Below the pieces are notes generated by a model. That model had not been told where the DNA came from. It saw only the letters and a list, made by a program, of their open reading frames with translations, and ran no database searches. Positions 1 through 10,454 of a stretch of 64,000 bases of DNA are shown here, piece after piece. The first letter of the stretch is position 1; each line of letters begins with the position of its first letter. The DNA comes from Methylococcaceae bacterium (GTDB lineage: Bacteria; Patescibacteriota; Microgenomatia; UBA1400; PJMF01): the NCBI GenBank assembly GCA_044370175.1, contig JBILVZ010000002.1, positions 8,759 through 72,758 on the forward strand, given 5' to 3'. The position numbers were made by a program, and so were the translations under genes.

Positions 1-1070
1 AACTGATTAAAGGGCTCTTTGAAGTGTATAGAGATCTCAGTTTGTTTGCGCGCCATCCGTTTACCAAACCGAACATAAATCGGCACATTTTGCCAACGAT
101 CAGTATCAGCAAAGAGTCGGCACGCCATTGCTGTTTCGGTGACAGAAGTTTTCGGCACACCCACCTCTTCTAAGTATCCTGGCATTCGCACCCCATGGAT
201 AGTGCCTGAGGTGTACTGTCCAAACGAAACGGTTTGACTGATTGGCTTATGGGTAAGAGGACGCAGGGAGCGCAAGAATTCTTGTCGTCTAACATCAATG
301 TGTTGTGCTTGCAAACTTGCTGGCTCTTCCATCAGTGACATCGCAACCATCTGCAAAATATGATTTTGAAAAATATCACGAACTGCCCCTGTCTGATCAT
401 AAAAGGTCGTTCTCCCCGCCACACCGATTGTTTCACTCGCAGTGACGGTCACGTACTGTACAAACTTCCAGTTCCATAAATGTTCAAAGGCGCCGTTGGC
501 GAAACGAAATGCCAATAAGTTTTGGACTGTTTCTTTTCCTAAAAAGTGATCAATTCTATAAATTGAGTTCTCATTAAATACTTGCAGTAACTCATCATTT
601 AAAACTCGAGCAGAAGCAAGGTCAGTGCCAAATGGCTTTTCAATTAAGAACTTTGTCCAGCCATAAGTGGTAGTATGTAGATTGGCATTTTTGATATTCT
701 TTGCTACTGCCACATATAAAGACGGTAGTGTAGAAACATACCACAAGTGATTGGAGCACTGTTCTAGAGTTTCGTAGACCGCACGAATTTCCTTAAAGCT
801 ATCACTTTGTGAAGCGTCAGCAGGAACATAGTAGAGATGACGACAGAACTCTAGCCAAACACCTTCATGAGCAGGTTGCACACACAGCTTTACAAACTGA
901 TGGAACTCTTCGCGTGAGTAGCTACTTCGCGCAGATCCAATCACATAAAAATGTTGTGGTAATAAATCTTTGGTAAATAACTGAAATAATGCGGGAAGAA
1001 TTTTTTTCTTTGCAAGATCACCAGTGGCGCCGATTAAGAAGATTGCAAGACTTTGTTCGATTGGTTGCAT
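1..1070 (-). CDS. zwf: Glucose-6-phosphate 1-dehydrogenase (runs off the left edge of the window)
   Basis: Manual translation from ATG at 1070: MQPIEQSLAIFLIGATGDLAKKKILPALFQL (GATGDLA Rossmann motif), IEKPFG, RIDHFLGKETVQN, RDIFQNH; not in ORF track because it is truncated. Confidence 0.95.
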   Translation of the reverse strand, partial: MQPIEQSLAIFLIGATGDLAKKKILPALFQLFTKDLLPQHFYVIGSARSSYSREEFHQFVKLCVQPAHEGVWLEFCRHLYYVPADASQSDSFKEIRAVYETLEQCSNHLWYVSTLPSLYVAVAKNIKNANLHTTTYGWTKFLIEKPFGTDLASARVLNDELLQVFNENSIYRIDHFLGKETVQNLLAFRFANGAFEHLWNWKFVQYVTVTASETIGVAGRTTFYDQTGAVRDIFQNHILQMVAMSLMEEPASLQAQHIDVRRQEFLRSLRPLTHKPISQTVSFGQYTSGTIHGVRMPGYLEEVGVPKTSVTETAMACRLFADTDRWQNVPIYVRFGKRMARKQTEISIHFKEPFNQ

Positions 1071-1073
1071 GTT

Positions 1074-4000
1074 TTAAGAAATTGTAGCGTCTTTCTCATC
1101 TTTCATCCACTCGTAATACAACACTGGTATAAAAAGTAACATAATGGTGCTCGCAATCAGCACACCCGAGATAATTGCCCCACCCAACCCACGCCAGAGG
1201 GGATCCGAAATGGTAATGGGCAGCAGTCCAAAAACAGTCGAAAGTTTTGTCAGAATAATTGGCTCTAGTCTACTAGCACCTGCATCAGCAATTGAGTGTT
1301 CAAAACTCATACCCTCTTTTTTATTTAAGTTAATTTTATCAACAATAAACATAGAGTTGGTTACAACAATGCCAAACAGTGACAGAACACCAATGAGCGC
1401 TGGAAATGACAGGGGAGTTCCAAAAAGTGCAAATGACAAGAATACCGACGCTACTGCAAAAGGAATGACAATGATCACGATCGCTGCTTGTCTAAACGAA
1501 CCGAACTGTACCACCATGGTAATCATAATTAAGACAGCAGAAAGGAGCATTGCTTGCAGTATTGATTGAATTGATTTAGCATTTTCTTCATTTACACCAC
1601 CAGTTTCCCAGGTATATCCTGGCTTAAACTCAATAGACTCTACATACTCCAATAATTGTTTGTTTGCTTCTGGGATAGATTGCCCCGCTACCACTGCTCC
1701 ACTGATTGTCATACTACGTTTATAGTTGCGATGCGTAATAACGCTAGGATTTGGCTTTGTTTTTACCTCACCAAGGGCGACCAGTGGAATAGAACGCCCG
1801 TCGGGCGTAAAAACTTGCAGTTGCAGTAAACCTTCAGGAGAGCCTAATTCTGGTGTCATTCTAAAAATAATTGCTGTTTTATCGGTATCAGCAGCATCAA
1901 AAGCTATCTGATCGAGCGGCAAGCCTGAAGCATATAGTCTCAGTGCGTTAGCAACTGTATCTACACTGACCTGCAGTTCCGCCAACGTATTGTAGTCTGG
2001 CTTAAACTCAATTCCACTGGTACTTTCAGCTACAGAAGTTCTGACGTTAGTAATATTTGACTGAGACTGTAGGTATGTTTTAACCTGTGTTACATACTTT
2101 TCAAGCTCCAATAGATCCTCACCCAGGAGCGTAATCTGTACATCAGCACCTGCAGGTGGGCCACCAGAGACTTCGATCACAGAAATCTCCCCCACCGCGT
2201 ACGACTTAAATTCTGCACGTAGTGCTGTTGCAATATCGGTTGAAGTTCGTTCTCTTTTTTCTTTTTCAGAAAGTTTAACTGTAAAGAAAGCACTATTTGC
2301 GTTATTGGATAATGCTGAACTGCCAGAATCATTTGGTGCAGTGCGCCCAATCTCTGCAGTGACATACTCAGCTTCAGGAATTTGACGTAGTTGTTCAAGT
2401 ATTTCCGCCCCTGCAGTTGCTGTCTGGTCAATGGTTGCACCACTTGCGAGTTTCAGTTCAACATACACTTGATCCTCATTGGTTTTAGGAAAAAATTCAT
2501 TTTTTACAAACCCTAGTGGTAAGAGTGCAAAACAAAAAACAGCATAGACAACCATGGCAATAATTACTTTGCGTCTACTTGATTTGCGGGCGAGGACTCG
2601 TAAAATTAAGCGCTCATATTTTTCTGCTAGTGGCTCTATTGAAATGAGACCTCTATCATCACTGGTACGCAGAAAATCACGCACACCTTGCACCCACCTA
2701 GGTAGGTGCTTGTACATTTTTTGGCTGTTGGTCTGTACAATTTTTGTAGTTATCTTCCAAATAGTACCTCCACCTCGCAAAAGTAAAAAGCTGATAGCAA
2801 AGTAAATACCTATGATGGGTATAAAAAGAGGTGTATTAAAACTAAAAAATCCGATGACTGCTAAGGTCACGATAAATAAAACTATTTTTAAGAGTGTTAG
2901 CACTCGCTGTGGAATAACTGGCTTGAGTAGCACAATCATTAGTGGCAAAGTAATCAATACTGCAATTGCTGTTGAAGATATCATCGTTACCGTCACCACA
3001 ATTGGAATGGGTTTAATAAACTCTCCAATAATACCTGATGCTAAGAGTAGTGGCACAAATGCCCAAATTGTAGTCAGTGTTGTCGACCAGATAGGAATAA
3101 TCGTATCGCGCCATACTAAAATACCTGTTTCTGTAGGATTAAACTTGCCTGTTTTAAAGTACGTAGTCATAGCTGAAACTACTACAATTGTGTCATCAAC
3201 GAGTAGCCCCAGTGCAAGTAAAAATGCAAACAACGATAAGAAGTTAATTGTCATGCCAGTCAGTTGCATTAAAAAGAATGCTGATAAAAATGTCAGAGGT
3301 ACTGTTAGCGAAGAAATCAACGCTTGGCGGAAACCTAAGAACAAAAATAACACCGTCATGACAAGTACAATTGTGGTTGCAAACTCACCTAAAAGATCAG
3401 TAAACTGCTCCTGAATTTGTTCACTGGTGTTAACAATAGAGATAAGTGAAACTGTACCATTGCTCTGTTTGATAAATTCATCCACGACACTCGCTACTGC
3501 ATTGCCTGTGCTAGAGATATCTGCAGCGGTAGTTTTATAGACTGAAAATACGACAGAACGGGCGGCTGGCTTATCATGCGAAGCAATGAATGTGGTTTGC
3601 TGATTCACCACTGATTGCTCCTGAATCGTAGCAATTTCTGCTAGCGTTACCACCTGATTTCCTGCACTGATTTGCAAGTTTCGTATATCTGCCACTGACT
3701 CTACTCTGCGATCAATGCTAATCGTAAAAGTATTGGTATCTGACTGAACTGTACCAGCTGGAAAAGAGTTGCGTGCTGAACGCACTAACTGCGATAGCTG
3801 TAGGGGATTAATTTTATACTGTGCTACCTTTTGCGGATCGATATATACCACCACCTCTTGTGTCTCAATTCCAGTTGTTTCTACTCTATCGACTTGCGTA
3901 ATATCTTCAATTTTGTGCTTTAAATCATCAGCAGCCGCCATTAAATCGGGGATATCCCCAGTACTGATGAGTGCGAACTGCCAAACAGGGACGTTCTCGA

Positions 4001-4460
4001 AATCGAGGACTTTAGTATCAGGCTCTGAAGCAGTTTCAGGCAGCACAATACTCCCTAGCACATTTTGCACATCTTCACGAGCCTTTTCTCGGTCAACTGT
4101 TGAGAAGAATTGGACTGTTATAAACGAGACATTTTGTTGTGAAACGGAGCTGACTTGATCAATACCCTGCACACTTTGAATGGCATCTTCCAGTGGTGTG
4201 GTGACCAATGTTTCTACATCTTGTGGTGATGCACCAGGGAGCGTAGTAAGTACCGTTACAATTGGGATTTTTACCTCAGGGTTTAATCGTTTTGGCAAAT
4301 TGAGATATGAAACTAAACCTACCAGAGTTATCGTAATAATCAGAAGCAGTACCAACCTAATATTTTGTATGTATGAGGCCACAAAACCGGTTAGGAGTTT
4401 TGAATCAAACTGTAATCGTTCAAGATATGAATCTCTTTTTTTATTGGCAATTTTCTGCAT
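1074..4460 (-). CDS. RND efflux permease (AcrB/AcrD/AcrF family)
   Basis: 1128 aa; PGASPQDVETLVTTPLED, GLLVDDTIVV, RLEPIILT, multiple TM segments and two large extracytoplasmic loops. Confidence 0.95.
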   Translation of the reverse strand: MQKIANKKRDSYLERLQFDSKLLTGFVASYIQNIRLVLLLIITITLVGLVSYLNLPKRLNPEVKIPIVTVLTTLPGASPQDVETLVTTPLEDAIQSVQGIDQVSSVSQQNVSFITVQFFSTVDREKAREDVQNVLGSIVLPETASEPDTKVLDFENVPVWQFALISTGDIPDLMAAADDLKHKIEDITQVDRVETTGIETQEVVVYIDPQKVAQYKINPLQLSQLVRSARNSFPAGTVQSDTNTFTISIDRRVESVADIRNLQISAGNQVVTLAEIATIQEQSVVNQQTTFIASHDKPAARSVVFSVYKTTAADISSTGNAVASVVDEFIKQSNGTVSLISIVNTSEQIQEQFTDLLGEFATTIVLVMTVLFLFLGFRQALISSLTVPLTFLSAFFLMQLTGMTINFLSLFAFLLALGLLVDDTIVVVSAMTTYFKTGKFNPTETGILVWRDTIIPIWSTTLTTIWAFVPLLLASGIIGEFIKPIPIVVTVTMISSTAIAVLITLPLMIVLLKPVIPQRVLTLLKIVLFIVTLAVIGFFSFNTPLFIPIIGIYFAISFLLLRGGGTIWKITTKIVQTNSQKMYKHLPRWVQGVRDFLRTSDDRGLISIEPLAEKYERLILRVLARKSSRRKVIIAMVVYAVFCFALLPLGFVKNEFFPKTNEDQVYVELKLASGATIDQTATAGAEILEQLRQIPEAEYVTAEIGRTAPNDSGSSALSNNANSAFFTVKLSEKEKRERTSTDIATALRAEFKSYAVGEISVIEVSGGPPAGADVQITLLGEDLLELEKYVTQVKTYLQSQSNITNVRTSVAESTSGIEFKPDYNTLAELQVSVDTVANALRLYASGLPLDQIAFDAADTDKTAIIFRMTPELGSPEGLLQLQVFTPDGRSIPLVALGEVKTKPNPSVITHRNYKRSMTISGAVVAGQSIPEANKQLLEYVESIEFKPGYTWETGGVNEENAKSIQSILQAMLLSAVLIMITMVVQFGSFRQAAIVIIVIPFAVASVFLSFALFGTPLSFPALIGVLSLFGIVVTNSMFIVDKINLNKKEGMSFEHSIADAGASRLEPIILTKLSTVFGLLPITISDPLWRGLGGAIISGVLIASTIMLLFIPVLYYEWMKDEKDATIS

Positions 4461-4482
4461 ATGATATCACTAGCTATCACTC

Positions 4483-5916
4483 CTACTGAATAGAAACTAT
4501 CTCGCCATCGGTCATACCTCTGGTGATAATGACTTTCTCATCATCTGCCAACCCAGAATTAACAACAACGTATCCACCTGACACAGAACCCAGTTCTACC
4601 TGACGTACTCGGGCAACTGTCTTGCCATCTGCTACTACAGCCAGATATACGAACGCTGCTTCTTGTGTTTGGTAGACTGCATCGAGGGGGATATATCTAT
4701 CAACTGTACTAGCTACTGGCGCACCGAGAGGAACCTGGACTGCCACTTGCTCATTGTTTGAAAAATATCGCTCATATTCTCCAGGGATGCTATACAAGAT
4801 GGTGTGCAGTGTTCCATCGGTGGGTTCAGCAGAAATGTAGCGAGGTGCCAGTGAAACTGTAGTACCATCAACACTAAAAGTACTCAGCTCAGCCCGAGAA
4901 ACGCGTGCGGCTACTTCACTCGGCACACTGACAACTGCGGTGATCTCCCGAGCATCAGCTCTAATTACCGCAAGTGGAGTGCCAGGATTTACCAATTGGC
5001 CAACTTTTACAAATACTCGCTCTACCACACCTGAACAAGGTGTAGCAGGATAAAACAAAGATTCAGAGATCCACTGAAGTTTCACCTGTAAATTGGCTAG
5101 ATCTTTTGACAAATCTAGAGACTTTTCTTGTAGTGTTAGCTGCTTGAGTGTGATCTCTCGCTGTAGCTGAGTAAGCTGTGTGGGTTCCTGTTCATTCGAG
5201 CTACTATACTCTGCACTGCGCAATCCTGACTTAAGGTTATTCAAGCCAGCTACAAGCTGTGCTTTTCCTTGTTTAACTGCAAGAATAGCGCTATCGGTAG
5301 CGCCATTGACATTAGTAGCTTCTAAGTCTTTCAGCTGTAGATTGACGGAGTTTAAAATTTCTTCATTGAGCTTAATAAGATCGCGTGTTTCTTGCAGTGA
5401 ATCTCTGGTAATACTTCGTAAATCACCTTCTCTTGCCTCTGTCTTCTCTGCCACTTCTCTTTGTTGTCTTATGGTATCTTTTTGTAACTGATAGTTCTCG
5501 TTGGCAGACTGGGCAGTACGCTCTGCAATTCTCCGGGTCACAGCTGCTGCATTTGCCCCTTGGTAGTTGGTTGAAAGGATAACAAGTTTTGCACCTCGCT
5601 TGATTGAGGCACCTTCCGTAACTGGAACCTTCTGTACAATGCCACTCGTTTGAGCAAAGATGGTAATAACTCCACTTTTTTCGATTTTAGCAGTTACTCC
5701 AATGGTTGGAGACTGACCTTGAGCATAAATAGTCACTGCTGTTGGGGCTGCCTGCTCTGGTTCAAGTGAAGTGACCGGGGTACGCAGATAGTTACCTACT
5801 ATAATACAGACTAGTAATACAAAAAGTAGTCCGATAAAAAGAGTAAATGGGTGAGCATCGATCACTGCCAGTAGTTTGTTTTTTGTTCTCACAAAAAATG
5901 CTTTCAGTTTTCCCAT
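4483..5916 (-). CDS. RND membrane fusion (adaptor) protein with long coiled coil
   Basis: N-terminal TM, split lipoyl halves (AQTSGIVQKVPVTEG / ATPCSGVVERVFVKVGQLV), C-terminal VELG..VNSGL..KVI; directly upstream of the RND permease; start ATG 5916 preferred. Confidence 0.9.
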   Translation of the reverse strand: MGKLKAFFVRTKNKLLAVIDAHPFTLFIGLLFVLLVCIIVGNYLRTPVTSLEPEQAAPTAVTIYAQGQSPTIGVTAKIEKSGVITIFAQTSGIVQKVPVTEGASIKRGAKLVILSTNYQGANAAAVTRRIAERTAQSANENYQLQKDTIRQQREVAEKTEAREGDLRSITRDSLQETRDLIKLNEEILNSVNLQLKDLEATNVNGATDSAILAVKQGKAQLVAGLNNLKSGLRSAEYSSSNEQEPTQLTQLQREITLKQLTLQEKSLDLSKDLANLQVKLQWISESLFYPATPCSGVVERVFVKVGQLVNPGTPLAVIRADAREITAVVSVPSEVAARVSRAELSTFSVDGTTVSLAPRYISAEPTDGTLHTILYSIPGEYERYFSNNEQVAVQVPLGAPVASTVDRYIPLDAVYQTQEAAFVYLAVVADGKTVARVRQVELGSVSGGYVVVNSGLADDEKVIITRGMTDGEIVSIQ

Positions 5917-6038
5917 ATCTGGGGACCTTTCCAATTTTAGAGTATCTTCGGAGACTGTAGATTATAACAGATCAATTATGATCAATAGATATCAAAGTGT
6001 GGAGGAGTAAAGTGTTTGTAAAATTTTCTCAGGACTTT

Positions 6039-6311
6039 TTAGTGATCTTGGTCAGCTTTTTTAAGAACTTCTTCAGTCTCTAGATTGGGCATCTGGACAC
6101 CCACAGACTGCTCACTGTGCACTTGAACTGCGGGATCTACCAGACCCTGCTCTTGGACAAAGGCGGTTTCTTTTTCTTCAGCAATAAGCTCATTAAATGA
6201 ACTATCAAAGTCTAGAGTTCCAATTCTGGCTATACTTTTAGGGTCACTGAAAGCTGATTGGACTTGATCATTTGTAATTTTTTTTATGGATTCTGCCGTT
6301 GTGTCTTGCAT
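6039..6311 (-). CDS. Hypothetical acidic protein
   Basis: 90-aa ORF filling the gap, ATG start, no recognisable motif. Confidence 0.55.
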   Translation of the reverse strand: MQDTTAESIKKITNDQVQSAFSDPKSIARIGTLDFDSSFNELIAEEKETAFVQEQGLVDPAVQVHSEQSVGVQMPNLETEEVLKKADQDH

Positions 6312-6399
6312 ATCTTATGGTGCTGCTTGTAAATATACAAGTTATTTTTAATAAAAAGTTCACGAGTATGTAAGAAGGTACTCAGTTTTGTGGGAGTAC

Positions 6400-8148
6400 C
6401 TATCTCTTATACAGTCGTTTACTACTATATTGCATAGTACCACTCACACGCCAAAATACTATGCCTATACTCAAGATTGATAGGCTATTTCCTACTATTC
6501 TGGCTGGAGTCTGCTGTGTCATCTTGCTATGCACTTCCCAGTTTCCTGCAGGAAGTGTAAATGTAACTTGTCCTTTATACGTTTTCACAGCTTCTGTTCC
6601 TGTCGTATCTCCAATCAGCGCCACGCTAGTAGTGTTTGCCCATACTTTCCAACCTGGAAAATACATAGTTGGTTCTACCACCGTAACAGCTTCTTGCGCA
6701 GACACGGTATAGGTGCGGTACGTTCCTCGCCATTTTAGGTTAGAGACTTGACCTGCCCCATGGATTTCAGGTTTATTACTACTAACTATCCAAGGTTCCA
6801 TGGAAAAAGTTTTTGGACGTAGTTCATCCGAAACTGTCGAGGTCAGTGGATAATTAAGATAATACGCAGTAGCAAAGTTAGCAAACTGTGGCCAGTACCA
6901 GTGCGGCACATATACTGCGTGAGCGATGATGCCCAAGCCCAGTATGAGTTGTACCGGTTTATACTTTGTCTTCCACAGCAACCCACCTAGTATAGCCAGA
7001 GTAATCGTTAATGGACCTAAAAACCTCCATGGGAACTGAAAGTATGGCAATACTAGTATGTACTTCCAGACTACTTGAGAAACGGGGAGCTGTACAAATA
7101 TACAAAGTACTGCAAAGACGAGGAGTGAAAGTATACCTAAGTAGTTGCTTGTTCTCTCGTATCTACCTAGGCTCTCTAATAAGAGATATACTATTGCAGC
7201 TATAAGCACTGATAAACCAACAAAACCAATCCCTAGTGAAAGTGAATCATTTGGGCCAAGTATAGAGATTCCATTTGTCACATTAGAATTAAATAGCTGC
7301 AGCAAAGTAGAAAAGTGTTCTAGATATTGTGTATCTAATAAATCATCAAGAACAATGTATTTTTTCTCTGCTAGTGTTGGTATCCAGAAAAATGCGCTTA
7401 TACCAAAACCTAGCATACATTCGCAAGCTACACTCCATACAGAGCTTGCGTTTCGCTTTCTTACCAGCGCATACAGTAAAGACAGTGGAAACAACAACAC
7501 TGCATAAATGTTATGTGCAAGTAACACAGCCGCACTTAGTAGTGTAACTCCTATTGAGGAGATGAGCAGCTTACTTTCATTTTCTCTTCGCCATTCCACA
7601 ATACACAGCAACCAGATACATGCTGCACAAGCCAATAATTCACCATACGCACCACGGATATATATCAAAGTGTAAAAGTATGGGCCAAGCATGCACACCA
7701 ACATACTCAACAACGCTGCTATTTTTTGCTTAGTAAGTTGCAGAATGTAAAAATATATCCCTAGCCACAAACTCATCCAGGCCACTAAAATAATTATTTT
7801 GAAAACCAATTGAGGATTACTCCCTACAACTACAAATGGTGCTCCAATCATATTGAGTAATGGATAATGAAAATTAAAAACAGGATACCCAAATCCATTC
7901 CAGAAAGACGGTGCAAAACGAGGTGGGAACTGTCCTTGTTTTAGGGCTGATGCATAGTTGGTAATACGAGCAATATGACCTTCACCATCATGTGTCACTG
8001 GAAACCCTACATGAAACAGCGGTGCCAACAAGCGGATCATCAGTATCCCAATTACTACAATTAAAACTTTTTCAGGTAGTGTCAAGTTTTTTATGAACTG
8101 CGACAGTGCAGCTATTCTGGATTGTAAAACTTTTTTAATCTGAAACAT
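6400..8148 (-). CDS. GT-C-type polytopic membrane glycosyltransferase (PTPS-related/YfhO-like)
   Basis: THDGEGH, FPPRFAP..GFGYPVFNFHYPL, YIRGAYGE, FQFPWRFL, YFPGW motifs; many TM segments; start ~8148-8157. Confidence 0.85.
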   Translation of the reverse strand: MFQIKKVLQSRIAALSQFIKNLTLPEKVLIVVIGILMIRLLAPLFHVGFPVTHDGEGHIARITNYASALKQGQFPPRFAPSFWNGFGYPVFNFHYPLLNMIGAPFVVVGSNPQLVFKIIILVAWMSLWLGIYFYILQLTKQKIAALLSMLVCMLGPYFYTLIYIRGAYGELLACAACIWLLCIVEWRRENESKLLISSIGVTLLSAAVLLAHNIYAVLLFPLSLLYALVRKRNASSVWSVACECMLGFGISAFFWIPTLAEKKYIVLDDLLDTQYLEHFSTLLQLFNSNVTNGISILGPNDSLSLGIGFVGLSVLIAAIVYLLLESLGRYERTSNYLGILSLLVFAVLCIFVQLPVSQVVWKYILVLPYFQFPWRFLGPLTITLAILGGLLWKTKYKPVQLILGLGIIAHAVYVPHWYWPQFANFATAYYLNYPLTSTVSDELRPKTFSMEPWIVSSNKPEIHGAGQVSNLKWRGTYRTYTVSAQEAVTVVEPTMYFPGWKVWANTTSVALIGDTTGTEAVKTYKGQVTFTLPAGNWEVHSKMTQQTPARIVGNSLSILSIGIVFWRVSGTMQYSSKRLYKR

Positions 8149-8205
8149 ACACTTCATTCTACCTACATACGCTGTTAAATTCTCTAGCAAATTGCGTTGT
8201 TTGCA

Positions 8206-8239
8206 AGTATTGACTTTCGCTTTATATTCGGTCAATACT
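8206..8239. promoter_or_regulatory. Symmetric inverted repeat / divergent promoter in front of umuD
   Basis: AGTATTGAC-N16-GTCAATACT; gives TTGAC(T/C)-N18-AATACT on both strands. Confidence 0.55.
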
Positions 8240-8245
8240 AGTTCT

Positions 8246-8671
8246 ATGATTACAGTACTTGGGGTACTCACACAAACTACGCCCATCTCTCCGCTTCCAC
8301 TCTATCATTCTTTAGTGAGTGCTGGTTTTCCCAGTCCAGCAGAAGACACAGTTGCGGTGGGCATTGATCTCAATGAGTTATTGATTAGTCATCCCGCCGC
8401 CACTTTTCTCGTTCGTGCTAGTGGTACTTCAATGGTTGATGCAGGCATCTGTGCGGGGGACCTGCTCGTAGTAGACCGCAGTCTCCATCCAAAATCAGGT
8501 TCCGTGGTGATTGCCTACTACGAAGATCAATTTTTGGTAAAACGCCTGACTGGTAGCAACGGCATGTTGTACTTGGTCGCAGAAAATAAAAAATCTCTAT
8601 TTCAACCAATCAAAGTAACTGAAGCAGTACTTATTTGGGGGGTAGTCAGCAGTGTCATTAAGCAGCTCTAG
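8246..8671 (+). CDS. umuD: Translesion polymerase V subunit UmuD (S24 autopeptidase)
   Basis: VSAGFPSPAED cleavage motif, SGTSM catalytic Ser, VKRL catalytic Lys; ATG 8246. Confidence 0.95.
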   Translation: MITVLGVLTQTTPISPLPLYHSLVSAGFPSPAEDTVAVGIDLNELLISHPAATFLVRASGTSMVDAGICAGDLLVVDRSLHPKSGSVVIAYYEDQFLVKRLTGSNGMLYLVAENKKSLFQPIKVTEAVLIWGVVSSVIKQL

Positions 8672-8697
8672 AATAGAGCGTGGTATAAAGTCAGTGT

Positions 8698-9981
8698 ATG
8701 CAAAAAATGTTTGCAGTTGTTGATTGTAATAACTTTTTTGTTTCTTGCGAACGAGCTTTTAATCCTTCTCTTGAAAATAAACCTGTTATTGTTCTCTCCA
8801 ATAATGATGGGTGTATCGTTTCTCGTTCCAACGAAGCAAAAGCACTTGGAATTCCCATGGGAGTACCACTCTTTAAAATCAAAGAGCTTGTTGTAGAACA
8901 ACAAGTTGCCGTTATATCTTCCAACTTTGAGCTATATGCTGATATGTCGTCCCGCATTATGCAAACGTTAGAAGAACTCTCACCTACAGTCGAGTACTAC
9001 TCTATTGATGAAGCATTCATTCCACTCTCCTTATACAGCTCTCAAGATTATGATACTTGGGCAGAAAAAGTGCGTGATACCATCATGCAATATACAGGTA
9101 TTCCTGTTTCGATTGGGATTGCGCCCTCACGCACGTTGGCTAAAGCTGCCAATGAGTTTGCCAAAAAGTGGGAGATCTGTAACGGTGTTTTTAGCTTTGT
9201 GGGTATGTCAGAAGAAAAAGTTGCGTATTACTTACAGCAGCTACCCGTAGAGGCTGTTTGGGGGATTGGATATAAATCAGCACGCACCTTACAAGCTGCT
9301 GCGATCTACACGGCACATGATCTCACGCAAACTTGCGAATCAACAATTAGAAAGTATTTAAAAATAATGGGTGTACGTACTCGGGCTGAGTTATTGGGGA
9401 CTTCCTGTATAACACTGAGCGAAAATCGTGCTCCAAAAAAAGGTATTCTGTCTTCTCGCTCATTTGGCAAAAAAGTTATGAAACTAGAAGAGCTGGGAGA
9501 GGCAGTGGCCAGTTACATTGATACTGCTTGTCATAAGTTGCGCAAACAAGACTGTGTAGCACGCATCTTAACTATCTACATCCGCAGTTCCTTGTATTCA
9601 AAAACTCAAGCATACTACAGCAAGAGCATGACTCTAGCACTGCCAATTGCTTCTAACTACACAGCTATATTTATTACACATGGTCTCAGTATGCTTAAAA
9701 AGATATTTAAACCTGGAGTAACGTATGCAAAAGCAGGTGTGTTTCTTTCAGAAATCAGCCCACAAACGGCAGTTCAGCAACACTTATTTTTAACACAAGA
9801 AAATAGTAAAATTCCACTTCGGCAAAATATCAGCAACGCCATTGATAGCGTGCGCAAACGCTATGGGGAAAAAAGTATTGGTTTTGCTGCCGCAGGAATT
9901 GAAAAAAAATGGCAAGGAAAAAATGAACAACGTACACCTCGGTATACAACACAGATAACTGAATTACTGTTTGCTTCTTAA
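8698..9981 (+). CDS. umuC: Y-family DNA polymerase V subunit UmuC
   Basis: VDCNNFFVSCE, VLSNNDGC, YSIDEAF, C-terminal TPRYTT. Confidence 0.95.
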   Translation: MQKMFAVVDCNNFFVSCERAFNPSLENKPVIVLSNNDGCIVSRSNEAKALGIPMGVPLFKIKELVVEQQVAVISSNFELYADMSSRIMQTLEELSPTVEYYSIDEAFIPLSLYSSQDYDTWAEKVRDTIMQYTGIPVSIGIAPSRTLAKAANEFAKKWEICNGVFSFVGMSEEKVAYYLQQLPVEAVWGIGYKSARTLQAAAIYTAHDLTQTCESTIRKYLKIMGVRTRAELLGTSCITLSENRAPKKGILSSRSFGKKVMKLEELGEAVASYIDTACHKLRKQDCVARILTIYIRSSLYSKTQAYYSKSMTLALPIASNYTAIFITHGLSMLKKIFKPGVTYAKAGVFLSEISPQTAVQQHLFLTQENSKIPLRQNISNAIDSVRKRYGEKSIGFAAAGIEKKWQGKNEQRTPRYTTQITELLFAS

Positions 9982-10035
9982 TCAAAACATTGCAGTCTTA
10001 ACCCGAGAAATCTTGCTTATTTATAGTGAATATTT

Positions 10036-10380
10036 TTAAAATAAGCGCAAGCGCTTACTCACTGTATAAATTTGTGAAAAACCCCAAACCAATAAACCAG
10101 AGGCAAATATATTAATCAATAGAAAGAATAAACGCAGATTTTCAGGACTCATTGTTTCGTAACTGAGATATTCTTTGGCAAGAATTGTTGCGTATAAAAT
10201 TACATAGGTTATCGTACCAGCAGCAATTTTTTTCATACCACTACCCAACTCACCCCCCAAAGACTTGGCCGACATCACCGCAGCAAATAAAACAGAAATA
10301 CTTGGTATCAGAATGAGCCAGAAAGAGAGCTTAAGTGGGGTTGAAAGTAGTGTGTACAAGAATTGTGTGAATTGTTCCAT
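10036..10380 (-). CDS. Small 3-TM membrane protein
   Basis: 114 aa, three hydrophobic helices. Confidence 0.7.
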   Translation of the reverse strand: MEQFTQFLYTLLSTPLKLSFWLILIPSISVLFAAVMSAKSLGGELGSGMKKIAAGTITYVILYATILAKEYLSYETMSPENLRLFFLLINIFASGLLVWGFSQIYTVSKRLRLF

Positions 10381-10454
10381 ATACGTCCTTCACTTAAGGA
10401 TAACGTATCTAACGCCAATAGCCAATAGTAACTTACTCCATTAGTAGTACTACC

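Noticed and set aside
5970-5996. GATCAAT repeats upstream of the RND operon
   Set aside because: Could be an operator, but short, AT-rich and with no adjacent regulator; not supportable
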